Numbered from the stretch's first letter, positions 38,909 through 51,436 are shown. The stretch: DNA of 64,000 nucleotides from Octopus sinensis (GCF_006345805.1 NC_043009.1:22444001-22508000); one strand, 5' to 3'. The notes: a model not told the origin generated them from the letters alone. Numbers and translations are program-made.

Positions 38909-39419
38909 TTGGGAAGCAAACTTCTTACCACAGAGCTACCCCTGCACTTCCATGTGTGTGCGTGTGTGTGTGTGTAGGAGAAATAAAGATAAAAAAGTCT
39001 ATATTATGTTTTAGCTCCTATGTGTGTTCCACCCTTATGGTTGTTTTGAGCACTACAAGAGATGTTCGAAGTGCATTTAGATGCTCAACCACAATGGATC
39101 ACCAGGGAATGTTTTACAGCATTAATTTACAGATATCTATGGCCAAAGTTGGACAGATGGTGAAGCGCTTTAGAATTGTTTCAGGAGGGGGAAAGAGAAA
39201 GAAAGCAATTAGATGAGAAGGAGGTATGCTAAGGAACAAGAGAAAAGGGAAGAGTAAAAGAGAGATAGAGAAAAGAACTAGCGAAATAAAGAAAGAAAAA
39301 AGTAAAGGGGAAATTAGGAATAGGAGGAAAAAGAAAGGAAAGGAAGAAGAGAATAATTTGCACAACAAAAGCTGAAATGAAAAAACATAAGTTATATAAA
39401 CTATAAAATTATATAATAT

Positions 39420-39800
39420 TAAGTGCAGTGTGTGGTAAGCAGTTTGCTTCCCAACCACATGGTTCCAGATTCAGTCCTACTGCTTGGCATTTTGGGCCAG
39501 TGTCTTTTACTATAGCCTTGGGCTGACCAAATCCTTCTGAAGGGATTTGGTAGATGGGAACTGAAAGAAGTCCGTTGCGTGTGTGTGTGTGTGTGCAAGT
39601 GTTTGTCCCCCACCACTACTTGACAACCAGTGTTGGTGTGTTTACATCCTCATAACTTAGCGGTTTGGCAATAGAGACCAACAGAATAAGTACCAGGCTT
39701 TAAGAATAAAAAAAAGTCCTGGGGTCAATTCATTTGACTAAAATTCTTCAATGTGGTGCCCCAGCATGGCCACAATCTTATGACTGAAACAAACAGAAGA
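39420..39800 (+). mobile_element. SINE family A
   Basis: Similar to 53323-53717. Confidence 0.8.
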
Positions 39801-40797
39801 TGAAATATATAACGTAGCAATATATTATACATACACATATTTATATATGCACATATTCACATACACAAACACATTGAAATAACCAACATTGTTTTTATGT
39901 TCACTTTCTCATATTCCCGTGGTTTGTATGTGATTTGTCAACATTCTCTACAGGTGGATGCCTTCACAGACATCAACCCTTGTTTTCAAGTAAGGTACTT
40001 TATTCCAAAACTTCATGTGCCAAACCACTGCTTTGTGCTTTGTTTACAGGTGATAGTGAAGGCGTGTAGCTAAGAAATCAGGGTACATCTGGCTTATGAC
40101 TGTAAGGTTGTGAGTTCAATACCTGGCAATGCAAAACACTTTATTTTGTGTTGCTCCAGTTCACTCAGATGGCAAAAATGAGAAGTACCTGTATTTCAAA
40201 GGGCCAGCCTTGTTGCATTCTGTGTGATGTTGAATCTCCTTAAGAACTATGTTATGGTTATGTGTATTTGTGGAGTGCTCAGCCACTTGTATGTTAATTT
40301 TATGAGCAGGGTGTTCCGCTGATCAGAACCCTTGTTACCAGAGCCAATGGTGTGCTAGTTTAAGGTTGATATTAGCAACATAGCTGCTACCTAAGTGATA
40401 TCAATGTAGAAACTCTAAGAGACACACACCTACACAGACACACACACACACACCTTGACAGGCATCTATAAAGTTCTACCTGGTAAATTTTGCTCACAGG
40501 ACATTGATTGGTTATATCTAAAAGAAACTTGCACAAAGTAACACACAACAGGATGGAACTTGAGACCATGCAGTTGAGAAACACATACAGAGTTACACCA
40601 GCACCTTATATTTCTGAATAATCTATCAGTGTATCTTCAAGTACTAGATTCAGAGAAATCAATGCTCTAAAGTATAACAAAAATAATCTGAGTGTGTATA
40701 TACATATATACAGATGTGTATGTATAAATGTGTGTGCATATATATGTATGTATGTACATACACAAACACACATATATGTATCTCTCTGAATGTACAG

Positions 40798-40851
<54 letters not shown>

Positions 40852-41385
40852 GTATCTATGTACACACACGTACACACACACACACACACACATACATATA
40901 TATGTATCTATGTACACACATATGTATATTGAAGTTGTACCTGCTTAGCAAGTTATAAGGTCCATAACTGTGTGTGCAAATAATTGCATACTAGATGAGT
41001 TAAGAGGAGCTCGTTTAAAAGGCAAACACAGAGACACACGCAAGCCATTGTCATAATGAGAGATGTGGAGGAACCGTTAAGTGTCAATGACCGGGTCTTT
41101 GGAGATGTACAATAAAAAAAAACACAAACACACACAAAAAGAAAACAAAATAAAACGATGAAAACCTTTTGACACTTTATATTATATCATACTATCAAGA
41201 AATAAAATAAAGGCCAATACTACAGTATGTATGTATGTGTATGTATATATATATATATATATATATATGAAAGAGTGTTTTGATTTGACCAGTCGAACAA
41301 AAGGCTTATTGAATGAAAGCTTGTTACACATGTTATCCTGTTTATTTTATAGATGACAAAGATATACATACGTAAATGTCTATAT

Positions 41386-41435
<50 letters not shown>

Positions 41436-41531
41436 GTGTGTGTGTGTGTATACAGATGTATGTTTGTATGTGTATATATTTTTCTATATCTTTTAGTAAG
41501 GAAAGAATACAACATCCATGACCCTTTACGT

Positions 41532-41795
41532 GAGTTGTTCTCAACTGTGGTTCATATGTGGCCCTTGAGGTTCCCTATAAGATTTTGCTGTAAAAATTTA
41601 TGTGCAATAATTTGGCTTTACTTCTACAGTGCACAAAATATCTTAACAATTTTTTAATACAATTCCTTATAATATTGAATTATAAGAATATAATTGTAAG
41701 GTTTTTTTAAACATCAAATAGCTAAGAGGGTCCAGTAGATTACAATAAGAATCAAAGAGGTCCATAGGTAAAAAAAAGATGGTTGAGAAGCACTG
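41532..41795. mobile_element. hAT-type MITE, degenerate
   Basis: Ends GAGTTGTTCTCAAC / GTTGAGAAGCACTG; TSD not clearly preserved. Confidence 0.55.
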
Positions 41796-43341
41796 CTTTG
41801 CAAGATCTTCAAGTCTAGTAGGAGAGAAGAAGGAAGGAAATTATCATCAAACAAGTAGACTGGCTCAAATGCTTGCAAGAGAGCAGGATCTACTGAAGGC
41901 ATTTAAGGTGCCAGCTTTCTTGCAGTTCTACCAATCCAGCACTCCAAATTGGTTCTAAGAATGCATATCTAGAGCCTTTACATAGTGATCCCCCACCACG
42001 AGGGGCTGCATGCACTGAAACATTTCCTCACTCTCTTACACATAGCTTTGGCTGACCTGAGGCTGTAGTAAAAGACACTTGCCCAAGGTGCCATGAAGTG
42101 GAAGTGAAACAGAACAATGTGGCTTGGAAGCAGACTTCTTAACATACATCCATGTTTGTGCCTTTTTAACCCTATGTCTATGAAACATTGGAAACGAACC
42201 AGAGACTCCTTTAAATCTGACCCTGCAAACCACCATTTCAGTAATGTTGCAATCAGATAGGTGACTTTTGACATTCTTTTAGCCCATTTACTGCAGGAAT
42301 ATCCTCTTAGACGAAATGTGGCTCCTGCCACTCCCACCCGCACCAAATGATGTTTCGACAAGTGAGGTGCCGTCTCGTCTATCACATCATATGTCTGGAA
42401 AAACATAATGAAAATGTGTTTCCATTGATTGTTATAAATGGTTCTTTTGACTATTCCAAGAATGCTCTTAGAATTTTTGATTGCAGCTGCAATGTACTCA
42501 TAGAAACTTTTAAGACCTTATCAATAATTACATGGAAATCGTTCTTTTCTCAACAACAACAAAAAGAAGACAACAAAACAACAGACAACTTCAAAGATTT
42601 GGGAGTTATTGTTTTCCCCCCAACTCTTTTATCTTTTTTTTTATAACAACAGCGGAACCGTCAATAGGTCTAGAGTTAATAAAATATGGTAGATCATAGA
42701 ATTATACAATGCATAGTCTTACCAAAATTTCTAAATAGCTCAATGTAAATATCTAAAGAAATTCTCTTATTTTTTCTTCCTCCTCCTCCACCTCCTTCCT
42801 CTTCTTGTTCTCAACCACACAATAATAACAGCTGAGGAAAATAAATGAATGAATAAATAATAATAATAATAGTAACAACAACAGCTTTCTAATAATTATC
42901 TAAGATTAGTGAAGAAGAGTGCGGTGGTGAATATATTAATGTATATAGTTTAAATATGACAACCACTAAGATGATAATGTGTCAGTTTAAATCTATACCG
43001 AGATAACAAAACAATACATAATGATGTGGAATCTTACAATGAATAAAAACCAGAAAAGAAGAATGAAGGAAACGGTAAAAAGAACAACAATAACAACAAC
43101 AACAACAAAGACTACAACTGCTGCTGCTGCTGCCTCTGTAAAGTTTCAGACAAAAAGGAAATGTAAACTAAACTATATTCTTTGATTATCAAAAATTATT
43201 CTTGGCTCTCTCAGAACATGTTTCTTTCTCCTTTTGTGCTGTCTTTTTTTATGTTATATTTTTACCTGCCACACTAGATTGTTGTAACACATCTTACACA
43301 AAGGCTATTTTCCCCAGAAATAATTACAGACATACATACAT

Positions 43342-43402
<61 letters not shown>

Positions 43403-43586
43403 TGTATGTATATATAATATACAAACATGTACATAGTTTTATGTGTGAGTGTGTGTGAATATATGTATTTATATACATGTATGAATATCTATATCTATAA
43501 TATATAATATACATACACACACATGCATGTATCTTTGTGTTGTATATGTGGTATAACTATCTATCTATCTATCTATCTATATATAT

Positions 43587-43623
<37 letters not shown>

Positions 43624-44379
43624 GGATAGATAACAAGATAGACAGATATGATAATGATGAAAGATATGTGCAGAGAGAAAGAGAGATAGAGAGAGAGAGA
43701 AGCGGGGAGGGTTGTAAGTGTAAACAAGACAAGAAAATGGTGTCAGTCACATCATCTGTGAAGAGATACTAAACAAGAGGACAGAAAAAAAAAGGCACAC
43801 AACATTCAAATTAATAAACACAAACACCAAAAATAAAGCTATAGAATAAACCAACAGAAATTCCAAATGGCTTTTGCGACATCTCAAAGAATAACTTTTG
43901 ATAGATGACACAAGATAGAATTAGCAATGCATCTTAGATTTCTGAAGCCTCTTCAGGCAGGTTACCTTCATTCAATCGACGTCTAATTGAATGCTATGTA
44001 ACAAAAATGGGGAAAAGAATGGAAAAATAGTAAGATATATACAGCTGGGGGGAAGGTGGAGATAGGGAGAGTGAGAGAGAGAGGCTGTAACTGTTGTTTA
44101 CACGTTACTCAATAAGAGCAGCACCTAAGAGGCAGAGATGTCATCTTTATAATATGTGGCCTTCCAAGGATGCAAATGTAGATCAAGCTAGAATACATGG
44201 AAGTGTGTGTGTATGTTAGTGTATACGTGCACATGTGCAAGCACACACACACTGTTCAATCCATGCAAACACATTATCTTCTTAATGTATTCAGCTATCA
44301 GGCTGTGGCCATGCAAAGTTTATGATTTGGAGTCATATTCACTCACAAACATTGTATTCACACTTATACATATATACAC

Positions 44380-44539
44380 ATACATACATAAATACATTAT
44401 ATATATACATATATATGTATATATACATATATATATACATATATACGTATATATATACTTATATATACATATATACGTATATATACCATATATATACATA
44501 TATACGTATATATACATATATATACATATATACGTATAT

Positions 44540-44581
<42 letters not shown>

Positions 44582-44879
44582 ATATGTATATATGTATATA
44601 TACATATATGTATATATACATACATACATACATATACATATATATACACATATATATATACATATATAAATATATGTATATATACATATATGTATATATA
44701 CATATATATACATACATATACATTATATATATAATAATATATATATAAATACATATATGTATATATACATATATATACACACATAATATATATATATATA
44801 TATATATATCTAATATATATAATAATATATATACATATATGTATATATACATATATGTAATATACTACATATATATACA
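44380..44879. repeat. Compound (TA)n/(TACA)n microsatellite
   Basis: Direct inspection. Similar long blocks lie at ~32350-32780, 48990-49860, 50225-50750, 51160-51826 and 52145-53320. Confidence 0.95.
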
Positions 44880-47364
44880 TAAAAGGGAAGCTAGGAGACA
44901 GGTCTATCTAGCCAGAGGGGAAGCAGATAAGAAAAATTTGCCAATGTTCTGCACAGTGAGGACCAAAGACTGGAGGTGTTTCGCGTTGCAAGACAGTGTG
45001 TGAGAGAGAATTGTGATGTGGTGGAGAGAGTGTGGGTTCGCATGAAGATGGTTCACTTGCGCTAAATGAGGATGCAAAGAGAGAGGCTTGAGACGCCACT
45101 ATGAAGGTTGCTGATTAAAGAAAATGAATGGGATAAAGAGAGTCTGCCGAACGTTGATCCAACAGAGGGACCAGCTATATCAGGGTTGATAGTTCCTTAG
45201 TAGCTAGGCAATTAGAAGCATAAAGACAGGGAAAGCCCCAGGCCCATCAGGTATCACTGCAGAGATGCTCAAATATCTGGTAGTGTCGGCTATAGCCTAG
45301 TCACCTGTATAGTTTAATCAGTGATACATGAAGGAGTCATACCCAATGACTGGTGTAGCAGCATAATAGTCAACTGCTACAAAGTAAAGGTGATGCCCTA
45401 GATACAAATAATTACAGAGGTATCAAGCTGTTGGATCAGGTGATGAAGGTTACAGAGAGGGTCATAAGCCAACTAATTAGAGAGAGAGTTAGTTAGATGA
45501 GATGCAGTTTGGTTTCGTGCCAGGGAAAAGTACCACTGATGCTATATTCCTGGTAAGGCAGCTGCAGGAGAAATACCTAGCCAAAGATAAGCCCCTTAAC
45601 CTGGCTTTTGTTGACATGGAGAAAGCCTTCGACAGGGTCCCCCGATCCCTCATATGGTGGTCAATGAGGAAACTAGGAATAGATGAATGGTTAGTGAGAG
45701 CTGTGCAAGCCATGTACAGGGACGCTGCTAGTAAGGTGAGGGTTGGCAATGAGTACAGTGAAGAATTCCGGGTAGAGGTAGGGGTCCACCAAGGCTCAGT
45801 CCTCAGCCCCCTCCTATTTATCATAGTCCTCCAGGCAATAACGGAGGAATTCAAGACAGGATGCCCCTGGGAGCTCCTCTATGCTGATGACCTTGCTCTA
45901 ATTGCTGAGTCATTATCAGAACTGGAGAAGAAGTTTCAGGTGTGGAAGCATGGTTTAGAATCGAAGGGCCTTAGAGTCAACCTAGCTAAAACCAAAATCC
46001 TAATAAGTAGGAAGGCAAGCAAACCACAAATCCCTTCAGGTAGATGGTCCTAATAAGTAGGAAGGTAGACAAATCACAAACACCTTCAGGTAGATGGCCC
46101 TGCTCGATCTGTAGAAAAGGTGTAGGTAGAAACTCTATAAGATGCACCAAGTGTAAGCTATGGACACATAAGAGGTGCAGCAATGTCATAGGAAGGCTAA
46201 CTAGGAAGATGGTTTTGTATGTGGTAGATTCTCGGGAGCATTACCTCTGAAATCTGCAGAAAACAACTTCCGTCACTTCCATCCAGGGGGAAAACTAGAA
46301 GTAGTTGATAGCTTCCGTTATCTTGGTGACCAAGTCAGTAGTGGGGGTGGGTGTGCTGAAAGTGTACGGCTAGAGTAAGAATAGCCTGGGCAAAGTTGGG
46401 AGCTCTTACTCTGTTGGTGACTAAAGGCCTCTCGCTCAGAGTAAAAGGCAGACTGTATGATGCATGTGTGCGAACAGCCATGCTACATGGCATTGAAACA
46501 TGGGCCGTGACTGCTGAGGACATGCGTAAGCTCGCGAGAAATGAAGCTAGTATGCTCCGTTGGATGTGTAATGTCAGTGTTCATAGTCGACAGAGTGTAA
46601 GTACCTTGAGAGAAAATTGGACCTAAGAGGAATCAGATGTTGTGTGCAATAGAGACGATTGCGCTGGTATGGTCATGTGGTGAGAATGGATGAAGATAGG
46701 TGTGTGAAAAAGTGCCAACCCTGGCGTTGAGGGACCTGTGGAAGAGGTAGACCCAGGAAAACCTCGGTCGAGGTGGTGAAGCACGACCTTCGAACTCTAG
46801 GTCTCACCAAGGAAATGACCAGAGACCGAGACCTATGGAAGTATGCTGTGCATGAGAGAACCCGCAAGACCAGTGAGAACATCAAATCAAATCATATATC
46901 AGAAAGCAGGGGTTAAGTGACCATCCGTTCGTGTCCACTGTCGCCTCGTCTGGCACCCGTGCCGGTGATACGTAAAAGCACCATTCGCTTGTGGCCGTTT
47001 GCCAGCTCTGCATGGCCCCCGTGTCGGTGGCACGTAAAAGCACCATCCGTTCGTGTTCGTTGCCAGCCTCGCCTGGCCCCGTGCCGGTGACACGTAAAAG
47101 CACCGTCCGTTCGTGGCCGTGTGCCAGCTCTGTCTGGCCCCGTGTCGGTGGCACGTAAAAGCACCATCCGTTCGTGGCCGTTTGCCAGCTCTGTCTGGCC
47201 CCGTGTCGGTGGCAACGTAAAGCACCACCATTCCGCGTCCGTTGCCCAGCCACGGCTGGCCCCCGTGCCGGTGACTTGTAAAAGCACCGTCCGTTCGTGG
47301 CCGTTTGCCAGCTCTGTCTGGCCCCATGTCGGTGGCACGTAAAAGCACCATCCGTTCGTGTCCG
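44880..47364 (+). mobile_element. 5'-truncated RTE LINE, copy 2 (frameshifted; 3' tail replaced by the hammerhead array)
   Basis: Nearly identical to copy 1 from 29870 onward but with many 1-bp indels, a 50-bp internal duplication and about 7 VNTR units; no (GAT)n tail. Confidence 0.93.
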
Positions 47365-47701
47365 AACAAACTGTATCCATAGCTGCCGGTCAAGTAGTGT
47401 GGAGCGACTGACCTCCCTTGTTCGAAGGTTATATGGATACAGTTTGTGTATCAATAGCTAACTTAAGGCGATGGCCTCATGGAGCTAATAAGCGGACACT
47501 TTTTTCTTTTTTTATTAAGAATGCCATATTAGTATGGCGATAACTATTATTTTCCGGAACGCTGGCGCTGTTCTCTTTGAGAGAGACTTAGTTATTTTAA
47601 TATTTCTATTATTGAAAACAAGTGGATGTATTCCACCGAAAGGTGGGTAAATAAAACCATCGAACAGAGATTGTCGGAAGCGACACCTACTGGCTGGCTA
47701 C

Positions 47702-47743
47702 GCTGCATTGAAAAGGGGCAATACCCCGAAACGCGTCTGTAGC
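47702..47743 (+). ncRNA. Minimal type I hammerhead ribozyme, U3-A8 variant (array unit 1)
   Basis: GCTGCA TTGAAAA GGGG-CAATA-CCCC GAAACGCGTC|TGTAGC: 6-bp stem I (one GU), 4-bp stem II, palindromic ACGCGU stem III; cleavage predicted after 47737. Confidence 0.85.
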
Positions 47744-48056
47744 TGCCGGTCAAGTAGTGTGGAACGACTGACCTCCTTGTTCGAAGGTTATATGGATACA
47801 TTTTGTGTATCAAATAGCTAACTTAAGGCGATGCCTCATGGAGCTAATAAGCGGACAGCTTTTTTCTTATTTTATAAGAATGCCATATTAGTATGGCGAT
47901 AACTATTATTTCCGGGAAAGCTGCGCTGTTCTCTTTTAGAGAGCTTAGTTATTTAATATTTCTATTATTGAAAACAAGTGGAATGTATTCCACCGAAACT
48001 GGGTAAATAAAACATCGAACAGAGATTGTCGGAAGCGACACCTACTGGGCTGCTAC

Positions 48057-48098
48057 GCTGCATTGAAAAGGGGCAATACCCCGAAACGCGTCTGTAGC
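48057..48098 (+). ncRNA. Minimal type I hammerhead ribozyme (array unit 2)
   Basis: Identical motif; cleavage predicted after 48092. Confidence 0.85.
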
Positions 48099-48417
48099 TG
48101 CCGGTCAAGTAGTGTGGAGCGACTGACCTCCCTTGTTCGAAGGTTATATGGATACAGTTTGTGTATCAAATAGCTAACTTAAGGCGATGGCTCATGGAGC
48201 TAATAAGCGGACAGCTTTTTTCTTATTTTTATAAGATGCCATATTAGTATGGCGATAACTATTATTTTCCGGGAACGCTGCCGCTGTTCTCTCTTTTAGA
48301 GGACTTAGTTATTTTAATATTTCTATTATTGAAAACAAGTGGATGTATTCCACCGAAACTGGGTAAATAAAACCATCGAACAGAGATTGTCGGAAGCGAC
48401 ACCTACTGGCTGGCTAC

Positions 48418-48459
48418 GCTGCATTGAAAAGGGCAAATACCCCGAAACGCGTCTGTAGC
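48418..48459 (+). ncRNA. Minimal type I hammerhead ribozyme (array unit 3)
   Basis: Same motif with GGG-CAAATA-CCCC (likely a homopolymer error); cleavage predicted after 48453. Confidence 0.75.
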
Positions 48460-48774
48460 TGCGGTCAAGTAGTGTGGAGCGACTGACCTCCCTTGTTCGA
48501 AGGTTATATGGATACAGTTTGTGTATCAAATAGCTAACTTAAGGCGATGGCCTCATGGAGCTATAAGCGGACAGCTTTTTTCTTATTTTTATAAGATGCC
48601 ATATTAGTATGGCGATAACTATTATTTTCAGGAACGCTGCCGCTGTTCTCTTTTAGAGAGACTTAGTTATTTTATATTTTCTATTATGAAAACAAGTGGA
48701 TGTATTCCACCGAAACTAGGTAAATAAAACCATCGAACAGAGATTGTCGGAAGCGACACCTACTGGCTAGCTAC

Positions 48775-48815
48775 GCTGCATGAAAAGGGGCAATACCCCG
48801 AAACGCGTCTGTAGC
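48775..48815 (+). ncRNA. Minimal type I hammerhead ribozyme (array unit 4, one core U missing)
   Basis: GCTGCA TGAAAA GGGG-CAATA-CCCC GAAACGCGTC|TGTAGC; cleavage predicted after 48809. Confidence 0.7.
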
Positions 48816-49072
48816 TGCCGGTCAAGTAGTGTGGAGCGACTGACCTCCCTTGTTCGAAGGTTTATATGGATACAGTTGTGTATCAAATAGCTAACTTAAG
48901 GCGATGGCCTCATGGAGCTAATAAGCGGACAGCTTTTTTCTATTATTTTATAAGAATGCCATATTAGTATGGCGATAACTATTATTTTTATATATACATA
49001 TATATATATATACATATATATATATACATATATATATATATACATATATATATATACATATATAATATATAC

Positions 49073-49125
<53 letters not shown>

Positions 49126-49140
49126 CTATATAATATATAC

Positions 49141-49195
<55 letters not shown>

Positions 49196-49360
49196 ATAGA
49201 TATATATATACATATATATAATATACTATATATATATACACATATATATATATCCACATATATATATTACATATATATACATATATATCATATATATATA
49301 TCATATATATATATATATACAATATATATATATAACATATATATATATATATACATATAT

Positions 49361-49412
<52 letters not shown>

Positions 49413-49463
49413 ACATATATATATATATATACATATATTATATATACATATATATTATATAAC

Positions 49464-49562
<99 letters not shown>

Positions 49563-49866
49563 CATATATATATATACTTATATATACATATATATACATA
49601 CATATATATACATATATATATATACATATATATACATATATATACAAATATATATCATATATATATATATACATATATAATATATATATACATATATATA
49701 TATATACGTATATATATATATATACGATATATATATATACGTATTATATATATATACGTATATATATATATATACGTATATATATATATATACGTATATA
49801 TATATATATACGTATATATATATATATATATACGTATATATAATATATATATATATGTATATATAC

Positions 49867-50111
49867 GCGAGAAAGAAGCAACAAGAATGGATAGGTTTTT
49901 AGTACAATCGTTTCATACAAGGACAGGCTTTATTAAAAGTTGTAATTACAGCATATAAACGTGTCCCGTACTCATCAGCTCAAATACATGTATTTTAGCT
50001 GATGAGTACGGGACACGTTTATATGCTGTAATTTTTACAACTTTTAATAAGGCCTGTCCTTGTATGAAACGATTGTAGAAAAACCTATCCATTCTGTTGC
50101 TTCTTTCTCGC
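49867..50111. repeat. 245-bp near-perfect palindrome with a hammerhead motif in each arm
   Basis: Arms are reverse complements about TACA|TGTA (49988/49989). Plus-strand HHR at 49993-50083, minus-strand HHR at 49896-49984. Confidence 0.9.
49993..50083 (+). ncRNA. Type I hammerhead motif with extended stem II
   Basis: TTTTAG CTGATGA GTAC-GGGACA...TGTCCT-T-GTAT GAAAC GATT GTA|GAAAAA. Stem I is mismatched in this arm and better paired in the minus arm (TTTGAG/CTAAAA). Confidence 0.65.
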
Positions 50112-50503
50112 TTATAATCACCCCACATTACTGTATTGTTAAAACCTATAGTTTTTTTTGGTGCATCTAAGTTAGGTACCATATTCAAGTAAATTCATTT
50201 AAATTAACTTGATCTTTATTGCTTTTTGAATATACGTATATATATATATATACGTATATATATATATATACATATATATATACATATACATATATATATA
50301 TATATCCATATATATATTATATACATATATATATACATATACATATATATATATATATCCATATATATATATATATATATATATATAATCGATATATATA
50401 TATATATATATCCAATATATATATATATATCCATATATAATATATATAATAATATATCATATATATTATATATATCCATATATATATATATATATATATA
50501 TAT

Positions 50504-50544
<41 letters not shown>

Positions 50545-50756
50545 CCATATATATATATATATATCCATATATATATATATAGTAATCCATATATATAAGA
50601 TATATATATATATATATTATATCAATATATATATACATATATATATCCATATCAATATATATATACATATATATATCCATATAATATATATATATAATAT
50701 ATATATATTATATATAATATCCATATATATATACATATATATATATATATATGCTT

Positions 50757-51161
50757 TTGGCATCGAGAGTCACACAAATGCCAGACCCCGGCGCCACTGC
50801 GTAGTACCAAGGACTCCAAATTGCCATCAAGATGTAGGGCAAGATATTGTGATAGCCTGGGCTTCAGAGGCCCACAGCTCTTCAATATCCTCCCAAGAAC
50901 CTGATGGACCTGCATGGTGTAGATGCGGATGTCTTTAAAGTAGGACTGGGACCTCTTCCTGTCAGGTGTCCCGGATGAACCAACTTCACGGCAGGAAGTG
51001 CAGATGAAGGGCAGCTGCATCGAACTCTCTCATGCATCAGATGGCGTTTGCTAAAAAGCATCCGTGAGGTAAAATCGTGTAGGCAAACCAAATGGCGGTG
51101 CCCCAGCATGGCCACAGCTCATTAGCTGAAACTGGAAAAATCATCAAAATCAAATCAAATC
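50757..51161 (+). mobile_element. CR1-group LINE 3' end (ORF2 C-terminus plus tail)
   Basis: Frameshifted reading [17 protein letters not shown]...[11 protein letters not shown]...LFLSGVPDEPT, a CR1/L2-like C-terminus; the 3' tail is similar to the SINE A tail. Confidence 0.75.
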
Positions 51162-51259
51162 ATATTTCCATATATATATACATATATATCCATATATAAT
51201 ATATATATATATCCATATATTATATATATAATATATCCAATATATATATATATATCCAC

Positions 51260-51307
<48 letters not shown>

Positions 51308-51351
51308 AATATATATATATATATCCAATATATATATATATATCCAATATA

Positions 51352-51396
<45 letters not shown>

Positions 51397-51436
51397 TTAT
51401 ATATATCTCCAATATATATATATATATATCCAATAA

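Larger units (their letters stand above)
47380..48988 (+). repeat. Tandem array of a ~358-bp hammerhead-containing unit, ~4.5 copies (retrozyme-like / Penelope-associated)
   Basis: Unit starts (TAGCTG) at 47380, 47740, 48095, 48456 and 48812 give spacings of 360, 355, 361 and 356; one HHR per full unit. Confidence 0.93.

Noticed and set aside
47380-48988. CRISPR-like or rDNA/5S interpretation of the 358-bp array
   Set aside because: Whole units are repeated with no unique spacers, the context is eukaryotic, and I see no recognisable 5S, tRNA or snRNA sequence or convincing Pol III boxes.
49946-50188. 80-aa minus-strand ORF overlapping the palindrome
   Set aside because: It runs through a terminal-repeat-like palindrome and has no RT or GIY-YIG motifs.
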